Shown: positions 62,792 to 64,000 of the stretch, piece after piece
Layout of the letters: each line of letters starts with the position of its first letter
Numbering within the stretch: position 1 is the first letter of the stretch
Assembly: GCA_028826165.1 (NCBI GenBank)
Contig: JAPDFW010000096.1
Location: 1-64,000, forward strand
Source: Anaeramoeba ignava BMAN
Taxonomy: Eukaryota; Protista; Anaeramoebae
Direction: 5' to 3'
Length of the DNA: 64,000 bases
The notes under the pieces: generated by a model
What the model was told of the DNA's origin: nothing
Databases searched by the model: none
What the model saw: the letters and a program-made list of their open reading frames with translations, nothing else
Position numbers and translations under genes: made by a program

Positions 62792-64000
62792 TCATTTCTT
62801 TTGTTGAAGAAGTGTTAAAATTTCTTGATCTTGAGTAAAATCTTCTGGTTTCTTTTCCTAAATGAAAATTTAAATTTGAATTAAAATTTAAATTTGAATT
62901 AAAAACAAAACAATTTAATTAAAATAAATTTACTCTCTTTAATTTTTTTGAAATAAAATGAATTAATTATTAAATATTAAATGAAAAAATTTTTAATTTT
63001 GTTTACAATCTAATAAAATTTAAATTAAAATTTAAATTTAAATTAAAATATTAAAAAAATAGTGAATTGGATAATCTTATTAAATTACATCAACTGCATT
63101 TATATCAGCACCAAAATCAAGTAAAATTTGAATAATTTCTTTACTTGCTCCATATTCACAAGCAAGATGAAGTGGAGTTTTGTTCTAATTGAAAAAATAT
63201 TGAAAAAATATTACAATTACTAATGAATCTTTTTTTTAATTTTCAATTTTAAAATCAAACCCACTAAATAAAATTAAAATTCATTTTGAAAATTAAATTA
63301 AAATCAAAATTAATTTTGAAAATTAAAATTAAAATTAAAATTCATTTTGAAAATTAAATTAAAATTCATTTTGAAAATTAAATTTATAAAAATTAAATTT
63401 ATAAAAATTTTACAGCCTGATCTCAAAAATTCAATATAAATTATTCCAAATCAAAAAAAAAAAAAAGAAAGATAATTTTTTTTTCCATTTATTATATTAT
63501 ACAGCTTTTGAATGAATATCAGCTCCTGATGTTAATAAAAATTTTACTAATTCTACATTTGTTCGGTTTCTGCAAACACAATGAAGTGGACTATCTCTCT
63601 ATTTAAAATGAAAAATTATAAATCAACCTAATTTATTGAATTGATAAAGAAAAAAATACCATCTAAAAATTTTTTTATTTTTGAGAATTTAAATGTGAAT
63701 AAAAAATAATCAAATGTTTACTTTCTTAAAAAAATAAAAATATTTATTTTCATATTCATATTTTTGTTTTTGTTTTTGTTATTTTTATTTTACTGTTTTC
63801 GAATTAATACTTGCTCCTTTATCAAGTAATAATTTAACAATATCAATATTTGCATTCCATTGACAAGCAGAATGAAGTGGAGTATTTTGCTAAATAAAAA
63901 ATATTTGAAAATTAAGAGTGAAAATAAATTCCTCAAAAATAATCAAAATTAAAATCAATAATTCTTTTTTACCCACTAAATAAAAATAAAAAAAAATCAA
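62792..64000 (-). CDS. Ankyrin-repeat protein, 3' portion, built from 96-nt exons and 3-nt microexons
   Basis: Exons 63889-63794 (QNTPLHSACQWNANIDIVKLLLDKGASINSKT), 63598-63503 (RDSPLHCVCRNRTNVELVKFLLTSGADIHSKA), 63184-63089 (NKTPLHLACEYGASKEIIQILLDFGADINAVD) and terminal 62857-62792 (EKKPEDFTQDQEILTLLQQKK*). All are phase 0 with AG/GT boundaries. Confidence 0.9.
62934..63975 (-). other. Seven candidate single-codon microexons (AG-NNN-GT)
   Basis: TGG 63975-63973, AAA 63724-63722, ATG 63662-63660, GCT 63416-63414, TGG 63263-63261, ATT 63009-63007, AGA 62936-62934. Confidence 0.75.

Noticed and set aside
63213-63221. Additional AG-TAATT-GT island in an ankyrin intron
   Set aside because: It is 5 nt, begins with TAA, breaks frame and would leave a ~30-nt intron; not counted as a microexon.
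1-64000. Transposases, retroelements, inteins, tRNA or rRNA genes
   Set aside because: No recognisable motifs were found in any ORF or intergenic region by inspection.

Overview
Extremely AT-rich, intron-rich eukaryotic (protist) genomic DNA. The NENENE/NQNQ tracts, expanded RCC1-BTB and BTB-TLDc families and hexamer microsatellites resemble an Anaeramoeba-type metamonad; this is inferred, not verified. Contents: (1) the 5' part of a secreted FG-GAP + tandem-FN3 protein; (2) eight intronless RCC1-BTB genes and two BTB-TLDc genes; (3) two ~142-bp AT satellites; (4) a single-copy gene block (membrane-tethered bZIP, divergent histone H4, C1D-like, RPN13, PH protein, DH-PH-FYVE GEF, thioredoxin/PDI-like, BuGZ/ZNF207), many of whose introns are bloated by intron-specific microsatellites; (5) six secreted Dcr2/PAP29-like metallophosphoesterase paralogs, interleaved with RCC1-BTB genes by segmental duplication; (6) the 3' end of an ankyrin-repeat gene missed by the ORF track. 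The most striking observation is in the ankyrin gene. Each repeat appears to be encoded by one 96-nt exon plus two separate single-codon (3-nt) AG-NNN-GT microexons. Seven are visible, and they supply exactly the two beta-turn residues that are among the variable target-contact positions of ankyrin repeats.
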